Made by a program: the position numbers and the translations under genes. The notes under the pieces are model-generated. The model ran no database searches. It had not been told where the DNA came from and saw only the letters and a program-made list of their open reading frames with translations. A DNA stretch of 64,000 nt from a virus: the IMG/VR virus record IMGVR_UViG_3300042556_001053, positions 32,001-96,000 of that record; one strand, given 5' to 3'. The number at the start of each line of letters is the position of its first letter. The first letter of the stretch is position 1. Below, in pieces: positions 40,013 to 48,772 of this stretch.

Positions 40013-40105
40013 TTAGTCTTGAGGCTTAGAGCTGTGTGGCTCAGTGCATGTGCACCCAGCGCAGCAGAATCGGTCTCTTGGCATGACTACGGTTGTTTCT
40101 TCCAT
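40013..40105 (-). CDS. 30-aa Cys-rich micropeptide (CCAGCTC)
   Basis: TGCTATAAT promoter 6 nt before the ATG (leaderless). Confidence 0.45.
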   Translation of the reverse strand: MEETTVVMPRDRFCCAGCTCTEPHSSKPQD

Positions 40106-40759
40106 GGATTTATTATAGCACAGAATATCGTAAATTCACTTTGCCAAAAATCTGAATATTTTGTAGCTTTGTATGATACACGTATACAGGAAAAAAATAC
40201 AAAAAAAATAGTGAGCACACTGTTGTATGCCCACCATCTTAATTATTTACACTTACAGGGGTCTATGCGTGTTGTGTTGCCATCAAATAGAATGATGCCT
40301 GTGTCTCCACATGTCTCGCATGTGTGTGCGTAGAGTGCTGATGTCATTTAGTAGCCTTTCGTACTGTATAGAATTTATACCCTGCAATAATAACTGCGCT
40401 AGTCAATAGCATTGCCCATGATAGGGATAGATAGATGAAGTCACCTGCATCAAGCATGAAGCCATAGTCATTGAGTTCAATAGTCATTGCTTACTTACCT
40501 GCCTCAATCTTTTGAATGTTAGCGGTGAACTTCTTGACCTTGCCTAGGTCGCTATCGTTTAGTGATGCGATGAGGTGGTCAATAGCCTTGACCTCATGTG
40601 CGATGTTGTCAATGCTTAGTAGTTTAGAGCCCTGCCAAATTGAGTAAGTGATTGTCATTGTCATTGTCTGTTCTTCTTTCTTTAGTTAGTTTGTTATAGT
40701 GATAATACTAGTAGGGATAGGGGTAAAAGTCAAGCCTTTAGCGTGTGGTGTTGGTCACA

Positions 40760-40933
40760 CTACCAGCCAAGCACACGCTTGCGGTAGGCTTCTACCTCAG
40801 CAATCTGCTCTGGTGTAGCGTTGCGGTATGCCTGAACGCTCTCTCTAATCCAAGGGGACTTAGCCATAGCCGCCTCATGCTGTACCGCATAGCGTGCTTG
40901 CTGTTCTGCTCTTACTCTGTTTAGTGTATCCAT
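40760..40933 (-). CDS. Hypothetical early protein
   Basis: AAAGGTG RBS and TGTCAG-N10-TAGTAT promoter; N-terminus similar to 41417..41563. Confidence 0.55.
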   Translation of the reverse strand: MDTLNRVRAEQQARYAVQHEAAMAKSPWIRESVQAYRNATPEQIAEVEAYRKRVLGW

Positions 40934-41186
40934 TTGATGAACACCTTTCTTTAGTTTGTTATAGTAGAATACTATCACACTACCCTGACAAATGCAAGTC
41001 CAAACACGGCGTGTCGCATGTGATGTGTACCACATCGCCTCGGGCCCCCTGTGGTGTAGGTCACATGTGTTCTACGTCACAATGTCCTAAATGTCCGTTT
41101 TGTACCCCCCAATTTGTCAGACCCCCCTGTTATACTTACTAGTATAAAGAAAGTTAAAAAGGTTTTAACTAAGAAAGGAAAACAAA

Positions 41187-41411
41187 ATGTTTTCACTAAA
41201 ATACAAAGTAGAGTATAACTCTAATCCTAACTACCCTCTATCAAAAGAGTTTGGTAATGTTTCTCTAACAGTACCTAGCGAGGTCTACGCTAATGAATAC
41301 TTAGACCTAGTATCTCAAAGAGGTACTATCCTAGAAGTTTCTCTAACAGAGTTAGAAAACTACACACCTAGCAATCGTCAGGTGTACGCTACTACTAGAA
41401 GTTGGGAGTAA
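41187..41411 (+). CDS. Hypothetical early protein
   Basis: GAAAGGA RBS. Confidence 0.6.
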   Translation: MFSLKYKVEYNSNPNYPLSKEFGNVSLTVPSEVYANEYLDLVSQRGTILEVSLTELENYTPSNRQVYATTRSWE

Positions 41412-41416
41412 TCGTA

Positions 41417-41563
41417 ATGGATACTTATAACAGAATTCTTAAAGAGCAACAAGAAAAAAGACTTGCTCAATTAGAAAAAAATAAGGCTAGCATAGAGGCT
41501 ATGTTCTCTAGCAATAGTCGCCCTCTAAATAATAATCATGAATTAAAGAAAGTAGAAAACTAA
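41417..41563 (+). CDS. Hypothetical early protein (MDTYNRILKEQQ...)
   Basis: GGGAG RBS; similar to 40760..40933. Confidence 0.5.
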   Translation: MDTYNRILKEQQEKRLAQLEKNKASIEAMFSSNSRPLNNNHELKKVEN

Positions 41564-42041
41564 TGAGTCACTATGTAAATGTTAAATCAGTTTGTGGAAA
41601 CGCAACTGCTGCAATTGACATGTATGATTTAGAACTAAACAACGAAATTGTTTGTTGTGACAATTGCAAATCAATTTTGATTTGTCGTAATGCTTGGAAC
41701 GAATTGTATAAGGAGAATAAATAAATGTTAGTTGTAATGATTGCAATGTTGGTGTTTGGTTTTCTTTACTACCATAGTAATTTATAAACATGCAACGCAC
41801 TGCATAAAAAAGCTCGGGGCTTCTGTGGTGTAGATCACATTTAAGTTACGGCGTGTCGCCTTGACTTTTTGACTTTTATCGTGTAGTATTCTACTTATAC
41901 AATTAAATAAAGATAAATCAGGCAGTGAGCCTAGCAAATAAGTGTGATGCAAATCACAATGAGCCTAGCGAATAAATGCCCTAATTTGTCAGTACCCCCT
42001 GATAGGATAGTCTTATCAATTAAACGAAAGGAAGTCACTCA

Positions 42042-42227
42042 ATGACTTACACTGTAACACTAGAAACCTTTAATGGTTCAGTAAAGAAAATCGCTCTACC
42101 TTCACGAGGTGCTGTTGCTCAATTTATTTCACAGTATCCTAACACTCTACCTGTTGGCGTATCTGTCAAGGTCGCTTGCGACTCTCTTGCAATTTCTGGA
42201 ACACTACGAGGAAAGGCTTCACTATAA
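42042..42227 (+). CDS. Hypothetical early protein
   Basis: GAAAGGA RBS downstream of a TGTCAG promoter. Confidence 0.55.
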   Translation: MTYTVTLETFNGSVKKIALPSRGAVAQFISQYPNTLPVGVSVKVACDSLAISGTLRGKASL

Positions 42228-42430
42228 TGAAAATTGAACACAATCTAAAGTTTGTCACAGAGTTTGCAGAGGGCCATCCTGTAACAATGCAGATGAGTGC
42301 ACTACCTGAAACACTACGCATTCAAATGCTTGAGTCAATGCTAAAAGAGTTAATCGCTCCAAAGTTAGGACCTATCCTTGATGAAATTAACGCAGGCGGG
42401 TCCTATGCAATTCTAAAGGTGGTTCAGTAA
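42227..42430 (+). CDS. Hypothetical early protein
   Basis: TAATG coupling. Confidence 0.55.
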   Translation: MKIEHNLKFVTEFAEGHPVTMQMSALPETLRIQMLESMLKELIAPKLGPILDEINAGGSYAILKVVQ

Positions 42431-42645
42431 TGATGACACGCAAAGACTATGTAGCAACTGCAGAAATTTTAAATAAGTTTGCTGACAGAATTGATTCACA
42501 TGAATTCAATGATTTAGTTTTTGAATTTGGTGAAATGTTTTTAGCGGACAATCAAAGATTTGTTGTAGAAAAATTTGAAAGTGCTTGCTATGAAAATACA
42601 ATGTCACACATTCAACAATCAACAAGATACAATCCTAACTTGTAA
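42430..42645 (+). CDS. Hypothetical early protein (MMTRKDYVATAEIL...)
   Basis: TAATG coupling. Confidence 0.6.
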   Translation: MMTRKDYVATAEILNKFADRIDSHEFNDLVFEFGEMFLADNQRFVVEKFESACYENTMSHIQQSTRYNPNL

Positions 42646-42650
42646 AATAA

Positions 42651-42678
42651 AAAACCTAAGCAAGTTTTAAAACTGCTT
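42651..42678 (+). ncRNA. Small H-type pseudoknot motif, copy 1
   Basis: AAAAC-CTAAGCAA-GTTTT-AAAAC-TGCTT. Confidence 0.55.
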
Positions 42679-42706
42679 GATCTTTTCAAATAAAAAAGCT
42701 CGGGGG

Positions 42707-42727
42707 TTTTCCACAGGCTGTGGATAA
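42707..42727. promoter_or_regulatory. Inverted DnaA-box pair with 3-bp spacer
   Basis: TTTTCCACA-GGC-TGTGGATAA. Confidence 0.6.
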
Positions 42728-42869
42728 GTTTACGTGGTTGTGATTTTTCTCACATTTATTGAGCGTCTCACTATTTAAGACTACTTGCTAGTAATTAGAT
42801 TTTTGTCAGTAGGTAATGATAGGATTACAGAGTAATAAAGTAATTAAACAAAAAGAAAGAGGTTGCCAC

Positions 42870-43079
42870 ATGGCTACTAAACTATACACAATAGAAAACC
42901 TACTTGTAGGAAAAACTTATCGCTCACGAAACCGCCACTTTGAGGGTGTAATCACACACGCAGAAAAGCGTGAAGGAATTTGGTATGGAGAAAATACTGA
43001 GGCGTATGTCGTACAGATTGACACGCCTTCCTATTTGTCAGACCGCTATGCTACTGTTGCAGTAAAGATTGGAGAATAA
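42870..43079 (+). CDS. Hypothetical early protein
   Basis: AGAGGT RBS. Confidence 0.55.
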   Translation: MATKLYTIENLLVGKTYRSRNRHFEGVITHAEKREGIWYGENTEAYVVQIDTPSYLSDRYATVAVKIGE

Positions 43080-43257
43080 TAATGAACACATGGAATTGCA
43101 TGGATTGCTATGATGAGGGCGTACTCTTTTGGGGTAGCACTAATGGCGAATACGATACAGAATTTTGTGAGTGTAACAAGGGTGTTATGCTTTACAACGA
43201 ATACACCGCATGGTACGCTAGTAATGAATTAAACGAATACACATTGGAGAACGCATA

Positions 43258-43476
43258 ATGAACGAATACCTATACTCTGTCACCGCTACCTATGACTCTG
43301 CCTCTGCACCTGTTTGGATTGGTCGTTATAGTGATGCTTTATCTGCCGTTGAAACTTTCCAGCAATTTGTTGATAGTGGAGATGCTAAAGAATACGCAAC
43401 AATTAACCTGTCTGAACCTTCAGGCAAGATGCACACAAAAACTTTCTACACTACAGGATTGGTGGTAACACGATAA
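43258..43476 (+). CDS. Hypothetical early protein
   Basis: GGAG RBS, TAATG coupling. Confidence 0.55.
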   Translation: MNEYLYSVTATYDSASAPVWIGRYSDALSAVETFQQFVDSGDAKEYATINLSEPSGKMHTKTFYTTGLVVTR

Positions 43477-43796
43477 TGGGAAGCAATTTCGCAACAGACC
43501 TATCAGAAAACATTGACATAAGCCTTGAACAGGCTATTGGTTATCACTTACAGGGTAATCACTATCCACCAGTACCGCTAAGCATGGTGCCAGTATGCAT
43601 ACAGGCTATTGACTTTGCTCATGAGGATAAGTGGGACGAGACTATTGAGATGCCTGATGGTATTTCTTATAAGGGCTTAACTGCTGCACCAGTTTGGGCT
43701 ATTATTGAGCAACACCACTTGCACGCATGGCTACCAGAAAACGTTGAAGATTTTAACGAAGACTTAGGATTTGAATTAGGATTGGGGTTAGAATAA
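43476..43796 (+). CDS. Hypothetical protein (HLQGNHYPPVP motif)
   Basis: TAATG coupling. Confidence 0.6.
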   Translation: MGSNFATDLSENIDISLEQAIGYHLQGNHYPPVPLSMVPVCIQAIDFAHEDKWDETIEMPDGISYKGLTAAPVWAIIEQHHLHAWLPENVEDFNEDLGFELGLGLE

Positions 43797-44029
43797 TGAG
43801 TGATACAATAATTGACATGGAACTTGTAAAAGCTGATGCATTGAAAGTAGATGCATTGCAGATTGGCGATCTAATCAGTTACAATGATGAGATTGTTGAA
43901 ATAACTTTTATTGAATGCGATTCAACAGGAGATAACTATGACATTGAAATCAGAAATGATTTTGGTGAAACAGAAGTTGTTCAGTTTGCATTTGATGAAG
44001 AAGTTGATTGGTACGTCTACTTAGACTAA
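43796..44029 (+). CDS. Hypothetical acidic SH3-like small protein
   Basis: TAATG coupling; LQIGDLI motif. Confidence 0.55.
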   Translation: MSDTIIDMELVKADALKVDALQIGDLISYNDEIVEITFIECDSTGDNYDIEIRNDFGETEVVQFAFDEEVDWYVYLD

Positions 44030-44105
44030 AAGGGGCCGAGGCCCTGTGATCTACGCCACAATTACGTAAGTTGATATTTTCTCCCATTTCTGGTAAGATT
44101 ATTAC

Positions 44106-44246
44106 ATGAAGAAAAATGCTGAGGAATTAAGACGATTAATGGAATTACGTCGTTCTAATGCAGCCTCCGCTGTTCCAAATAAAAAGAAATACAATAGAAA
44201 AAAATGTCAGTCCCAAATGCTAAAATTAAGTAAAGAAAGCGAGTAG
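44106..44246 (+). CDS. Basic 46-aa protein (ELRRSNAA...KKKYNR)
   Basis: TTGATA-N17-TAAGAT promoter, leaderless. Confidence 0.5.
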   Translation: MKKNAEELRRLMELRRSNAASAVPNKKKYNRKKCQSQMLKLSKESE

Positions 44247-44251
44247 CCACC

Positions 44252-44974
44252 ATGACTAAATTACTCAGAAGCAAAGATAGGAAAGTAGCAAATGCCGTCA
44301 CCCCTAATGGAAAACAAGCAAGTATCGCCAACACGTTTGGTCTCCCCGCAGGAAAGGCGTACTCATGCCCTGGAGCGACTAGCGTATGCGAGAGTGTTTG
44401 TTATGCTGGCAAATTGGAAAAGGTATTCCCAACAGTAAAGAAAAACCTATTGCACAATTGGGAATTAGTTAAAGACGCTGATCACGATACTATTGAAGCA
44501 TTGCTTGAAGAGATGATTAAAGATTTTAAGGCTGATTGTGTAAAGCGTGAAGCGCCTATGCTATTTCGTATTCACTGGGACGGCGATTTCTTTAATGATA
44601 CTTATACATTCGCATGGAAGCATGTCATCCTTAATAATCCTGATATTCAGTTCTGGGTATACACACGTGTGAAGAGTGCAGCGGTAATGCTTAAGGATAT
44701 CCCTAACCTTAGTCTTTATTACTCTACAGATAGTGAGAATAAGTCTATTGGCGTTACCCTGAAAAAAGATCATGGTATAAAGCTTGCATACCTTGCTAAG
44801 AATTTCTTAGTAGGACAGGCAGACATGAAAGAGATGATTGGCAAGGTAGGCGCTAAGTGTCCTGAGAATAAGAAAGCCATTCCCCTAATCTCAACAAATG
44901 GAAGCGCTTGCGTTTCTTGCTCATTGTGTGTATACTCTAAGAGCGACATAGTATTCTCGTCAAGCAAGAAATGA
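44252..44974 (+). CDS. Gp88-like protein (actinophage gene product 88 family, Fe-S/radical-SAM-like)
   Basis: FGLPAG..SCPGATSVCESVCYA, FRIHWDGDF, FWVYTR and C-terminal C..C..C. Confidence 0.75.
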   Translation: MTKLLRSKDRKVANAVTPNGKQASIANTFGLPAGKAYSCPGATSVCESVCYAGKLEKVFPTVKKNLLHNWELVKDADHDTIEALLEEMIKDFKADCVKREAPMLFRIHWDGDFFNDTYTFAWKHVILNNPDIQFWVYTRVKSAAVMLKDIPNLSLYYSTDSENKSIGVTLKKDHGIKLAYLAKNFLVGQADMKEMIGKVGAKCPENKKAIPLISTNGSACVSCSLCVYSKSDIVFSSSKK

Positions 44975-45163
44975 GGAGATAAATGGAAAGTCTAGTTATC
45001 CTATCACTAATAGGGTTGTTAGTCTTGCTAATCAACCAATAATGTGACATAAATCACACCCGCAAGCGTCTCAAATAGTGAGAAATACAAGAAATGGAGT
45101 TGAAAAATGTCAGTAGGAAATGTTATACTTAATACATACAACAAACTAACAAGGAGAAAAAAC

Positions 45164-45331
45164 ATGACAGTAGCAACAAACACATACAAGGTAGGCGACC
45201 TCTACACATCTCAGAAGTCAAAGGTAACAGGAACAATTCTTGAAATCTCACCTACTGCTAAGGACACAGTTCGTGTGAAGTTAGATGTAAATGGCAACAC
45301 ACGCTGGACAACATGGAAGGCTAATGCGTAA
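45164..45331 (+). CDS. Hypothetical SH3-like small protein
   Basis: AAGGAG RBS. Confidence 0.55.
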   Translation: MTVATNTYKVGDLYTSQKSKVTGTILEISPTAKDTVRVKLDVNGNTRWTTWKANA

Positions 45332-45345
45332 TTAGTTAGTTCTAT

Positions 45346-45371
45346 GTCCTGAGCATGACTCTAAACTGCTC
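45346..45371 (+). ncRNA. Small H-type pseudoknot motif, copy 2
   Basis: GTC-CTGAGCAT-GAC-TCTAAAC-TGCTC. Confidence 0.55.
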
Positions 45372-45435
45372 ACACTAAAAATGTCAGACCTACCCCCTAT
45401 ACTATAAATAAACCACCAAAGAAAAGAGAAACCAC

Positions 45436-45858
45436 ATGGCAAGAAGCAAAGCAATCTCAGTAAAGATAGCAACACCAAAAGTAATCAAGGCACTAGAAAC
45501 TCGTCTAGCAAAGTTACAATCAGACTATGCCTCACAAGAAGCAAACGAAGCAAAGTTTGAGAAGGCAAGAGAAAAGTGGCAGAAGGAAGTAGCAAAGTTT
45601 GCTATGACTCATTTTGCTAAAGCAGAAAACCTACGCACAAACTATCGCTCATGGAATAAGACACTTAATGTTGATTTTGATTTAACAGTTAGTGAGTCAG
45701 ACTTTCCTAAAGAGCCTGAGAAGGACTACGAAGTTCTACACCGCCACTCATACAATGAGATGAAAGAGGAACTAGAAAACGCAATTCGTATCCTCAAGAT
45801 GACAGATGAGGAAACAGTTAGCACTAGCACATACAACGCTATTGCTCGTTATCTCTAA
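45436..45858 (+). CDS. Hypothetical coiled-coil protein
   Basis: 140-aa ORF downstream of a TGTCAG promoter. Confidence 0.65.
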   Translation: MARSKAISVKIATPKVIKALETRLAKLQSDYASQEANEAKFEKAREKWQKEVAKFAMTHFAKAENLRTNYRSWNKTLNVDFDLTVSESDFPKEPEKDYEVLHRHSYNEMKEELENAIRILKMTDEETVSTSTYNAIARYL

Positions 45859-45946
45859 TTAGATTGAGAGATGGGGGAGGGTATTTGACTCCCCCGTCAA
45901 AATCTAGTACAATTAAATTAACCAAACAAACAGAAAGCAGGCCCCC

Positions 45947-46366
45947 ATGGACCAGGTAACAAAAGTAGATAACCATTTCATGACACGAGAATTTCTTGAG
46001 TCACAATTAGTAGCAAACAAAGAGCGTATTGCTCAATTAGAAAAGCACATCCAAGAAGTAACTCAGCGCTCATATGGTGAGGCTGCAGAACGTAACCGCA
46101 TGCGTAATGAAATGCATGAGTGGACCTTAGAACAAGTTAACGATTCAGTTATCTCAGAAGATACTGCACAAGAGATTGCAGACATTTGTGGCTTTGAGTT
46201 AACACAAGAATTTGAATTGGAAGTTTCAGTTCAGTATTCAGTTACAGTTAATGCACGTAATGAAGAAGAGGCAATGAACCTAATGTATGACATTGATTTT
46301 GATTCAGTGTCACATCCTGACGGCGTAACTTATTTGTCATCAACAGTTGACAGAGTGGATATTTAG
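45947..46366 (+). CDS. Hypothetical protein
   Basis: 139-aa ORF with a TTGACT...TACAAT promoter. Confidence 0.6.
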   Translation: MDQVTKVDNHFMTREFLESQLVANKERIAQLEKHIQEVTQRSYGEAAERNRMRNEMHEWTLEQVNDSVISEDTAQEIADICGFELTQEFELEVSVQYSVTVNARNEEEAMNLMYDIDFDSVSHPDGVTYLSSTVDRVDI

Positions 46367-46382
46367 TAGGGGGTCTACTAAT

Positions 46383-46409
46383 AAACCTGAGCATGTTTTA
46401 AAACTGCTC
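46383..46409 (+). ncRNA. Small H-type pseudoknot motif, copy 3
   Basis: AAAC-CTGAGCAT-GTTT-TAAAAC-TGCTC. Confidence 0.55.
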
Positions 46410-46575
46410 CTTCAATTCCCTTGAAAAAATGCTCGGGCCCTGTGAGCTAGATCACACTATGATTTACGACACATTAAAAAAATGTCCATTTTCTCCCATT
46501 TTTAACTATCCTGATTTGCATTTGTCAGTGGCCTTGTGTATACTTAAATTATCAACAACAAAAAGGAGAAAACTC

Positions 46576-47592
46576 ATGGCACATGAACTAGAGACACAAA
46601 ATGGCGTAGCAAGTTTTGCATCATTTCGTGAACCCGCTTGGCATGGATTGGGTACCGTATTTACAGAAGAAAAAAACACAGCAGAGATGTTGCAAGCAGC
46701 AAATCTCAATGGGTGGAATGTTCGTCTGGAAGATTTGGAAACCCCATCACATTTAACAAGCGACAAAAACTATCAGTACGTTTTGCGTACTAATCCTACA
46801 GACAACTCACAGACAGACATTCTTGGTGTCGTAGGTGAGCGCTACCATGTTATGCAGAATGAAGATTTGTTTTCATTTGGTGATAACATTCTAGATGGTG
46901 GTGGACGTTGGGAGACCGCTGGCTCAATCAAGGGTGGACGTGTTGTATTTGGTGCACTAGCACTAGAGCGTGAAACTGTTCTTGACCCTAACGGTGTCGC
47001 AGATAAGGTAAAGACTTATTTACTTATCAACACATCACATGATGGCTCAATCGCTATTCAAGCAAGCATTACACCTGTTCGTGTTGTGTGCGCTAACACT
47101 CTTAACCTTGCATTGAATACAACTAAGCGCAAGGGTGGCGTAAAGCAATCTTTCAAGATTCGTCACACACAGACAGCACAAGGTAAGGTCGCTATTGCAC
47201 GCCAGACATTGGGCATGGCTAACGCTTACATGGATTCATTTGACATCATGGCTAAGGCAATGATTGAAAAAGAAATCAATGCTAAGCAATTTAACGACAT
47301 CATTCTTGCTGCATACCCTCAGCCTGACAAGGACACTAAGGGCGCACTAAAGAAGTGGGAAAACAAGGTTGATGTTATCAATGACATCTACACAGGCCAG
47401 TTTAATGGTATGATTGCTGGTAACGCATGGGGTGCTTTCAATGCACTAACAGAGCGTTTAGATTGGTACCGTTCTGCTCGTGGTGGTTCTAACGAATCTA
47501 TCCTTGCATCTGCAAGTGGTTTTGACCCTGCTATCAATGCAGAAAAAAATCGTTTGCTAAAAGTTGTACAGAATGTTATGCAACTAGCATAA
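46576..47592 (+). CDS. DUF932 / phage-plasmid TIGR03299-family protein
   Basis: MAHELE...PAWHGLG, WETAGSIKGGRVVF, NTSHDGS, TPVRVVCANTL and IRHT; AAGGAG RBS. Confidence 0.85.
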   Translation: MAHELETQNGVASFASFREPAWHGLGTVFTEEKNTAEMLQAANLNGWNVRLEDLETPSHLTSDKNYQYVLRTNPTDNSQTDILGVVGERYHVMQNEDLFSFGDNILDGGGRWETAGSIKGGRVVFGALALERETVLDPNGVADKVKTYLLINTSHDGSIAIQASITPVRVVCANTLNLALNTTKRKGGVKQSFKIRHTQTAQGKVAIARQTLGMANAYMDSFDIMAKAMIEKEINAKQFNDIILAAYPQPDKDTKGALKKWENKVDVINDIYTGQFNGMIAGNAWGAFNALTERLDWYRSARGGSNESILASASGFDPAINAEKNRLLKVVQNVMQLA

Positions 47593-47598
47593 TAAAAA

Positions 47599-47624
47599 AT
47601 CCTGAGCATGATGTAAAACTGCTC
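47599..47624 (+). ncRNA. Small H-type pseudoknot motif, copy 4 (3 nt before tRNA-Asp)
   Basis: ATC-CTGAGCAT-GAT-GTAAAAC-TGCTC. Confidence 0.55.
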
Positions 47625-47627
47625 AAT

Positions 47628-47701
47628 GGTCTGTTAGCTCAGTTGGTTAGAGCGCTACCCTGTCACGGTAGAGGTCGTGGGTTCAAGTCCCATACAGATC
47701 G
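47628..47701 (+). tRNA. tRNA-Asp (GTC)
   Basis: Cloverleaf: GGTCTGT/ACAGATC acceptor, CTACC-CTGTCAC-GGTAG anticodon arm, GTTCAAGTC T-loop; no encoded CCA. Confidence 0.92.
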
Positions 47702-47822
47702 CAAGAATTTAGGCCGAGGCAATTTGGACAAAACGGACATTTTAAGAAGCTATATAATTAATCTCAGAAATTTTAATTAAGAGGACTTGCTTTTTTTCGC
47801 AGATTCCTGTAAAATTAATATC

Positions 47823-47975
47823 ATGAACACCATAAACGAATTAATAAATGAAATCTATGATGACAACTACTCTCACCTAGAGTTTGAGGAAAACATGGGC
47901 GGTATTGATTGTGACTGCCATATCCACACTACACTAAACACTATTGCTAGATATGCAGGAATTGAGGTAGGGTAA
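47823..47975 (+). CDS. Hypothetical small protein (CDCHIH)
   Basis: Leaderless TGTAAAAT promoter. Confidence 0.45.
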   Translation: MNTINELINEIYDDNYSHLEFEENMGGIDCDCHIHTTLNTIARYAGIEVG

Positions 47976-48132
47976 TGTTAGGATATTGTAAAGAAGATCT
48001 AGATGAAATGATTAGCGCTGTTCAATCTGCTTTAACTACTGTTAATCCTGATGATGACCCATGGCTACATGATAACTTATTTAAAGTAACAGAGTTTATG
48101 AATGGCTTATGGGCAGAGGGGTACTTTGACTA

Positions 48133-48324
48133 ATGTGGACTAAGTATAGTTATGTTTGTACTAACTGTGATGCTCTTATTGAGATCACTACCCTGGCAAT
48201 TCCTGAAGACAATGCCTCTTGCACCTGTATGCGTGGAGCTTGGGTAACACGTACTGCAGTAGAGGCTGTGACTAACATCACACCACCAAAAGTTGTAAAA
48301 ATCAACACCAACCCTTATAATTAA
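48133..48324 (+). CDS. Small zinc-ribbon-like protein
   Basis: CTNC...CTC. Confidence 0.5.
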   Translation: MWTKYSYVCTNCDALIEITTLAIPEDNASCTCMRGAWVTRTAVEAVTNITPPKVVKINTNPYN

Positions 48325-48496
48325 TATATGGACATGAACACACTAAGCGAGTATCTAAAGATTCACAAGATAAGTATTGAGCAAGACATGGAGCAAGCCC
48401 TACAAGGTGATGACCCTGGAGAGGGATTCCATTGGGAGTCAGATGACTACTACCTAGGAGCACTAGACGCATACGACTATGTATTGGAGTTAATTA

Positions 48497-48772
48497 GTGA
48501 GTAAGGATTATCCTTTCATACCGCCACACCTAGAGAAGGGCTTAGAGGATATCTCTATCCCTTTGATTGACCTTATGCATGGGCACCTCAAGGTAGAAAT
48601 GCTGGACTGTGAAGAACAATTAAATAATCTATCAGAGACTCAGGATGTGCCTATGTATAACTATGTGCAGGGATACATGGAGGCCTTGACAAACCTATAC
48701 TGCTTGACGTATAATTTAAGTATAGACCGCCAACAAATAGAAAGAGACCACCATGCCAAACTGGGTATATAA
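48497..48772 (+). CDS. Hypothetical protein
   Basis: GTG start with GGAG RBS. Confidence 0.5.
   Translation: MSKDYPFIPPHLEKGLEDISIPLIDLMHGHLKVEMLDCEEQLNNLSETQDVPMYNYVQGYMEALTNLYCLTYNLSIDRQQIERDHHAKLGI

Larger units (their letters stand above)
40969..46544. promoter_or_regulatory. Nine TGTCAG-N10-TAnnnT promoters
   Basis: Plus strand at 41115, 41987, 42804, 43036, 44205, 45108, 45382 and 46523; minus strand at 40969-40990. Confidence 0.75.
40744..48282. promoter_or_regulatory. Eleven CRP/GlxR-type palindromic boxes (TGTGA-N6-TCACA)
   Basis: Starts at 40744, 41019, 41050, 41066, 41824, 41943, 42739, 44045, 45043, 46441 and 48267; five are perfect. Confidence 0.75.

Noticed and set aside
42651-47624. 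Hammerhead or HDV-like ribozyme reading of the CCTGAGCATG repeats
   Set aside because: Lacks the CUGAnGA/GAAA three-stem core and is too short for a nested double pseudoknot; kept as a simple pseudoknot.
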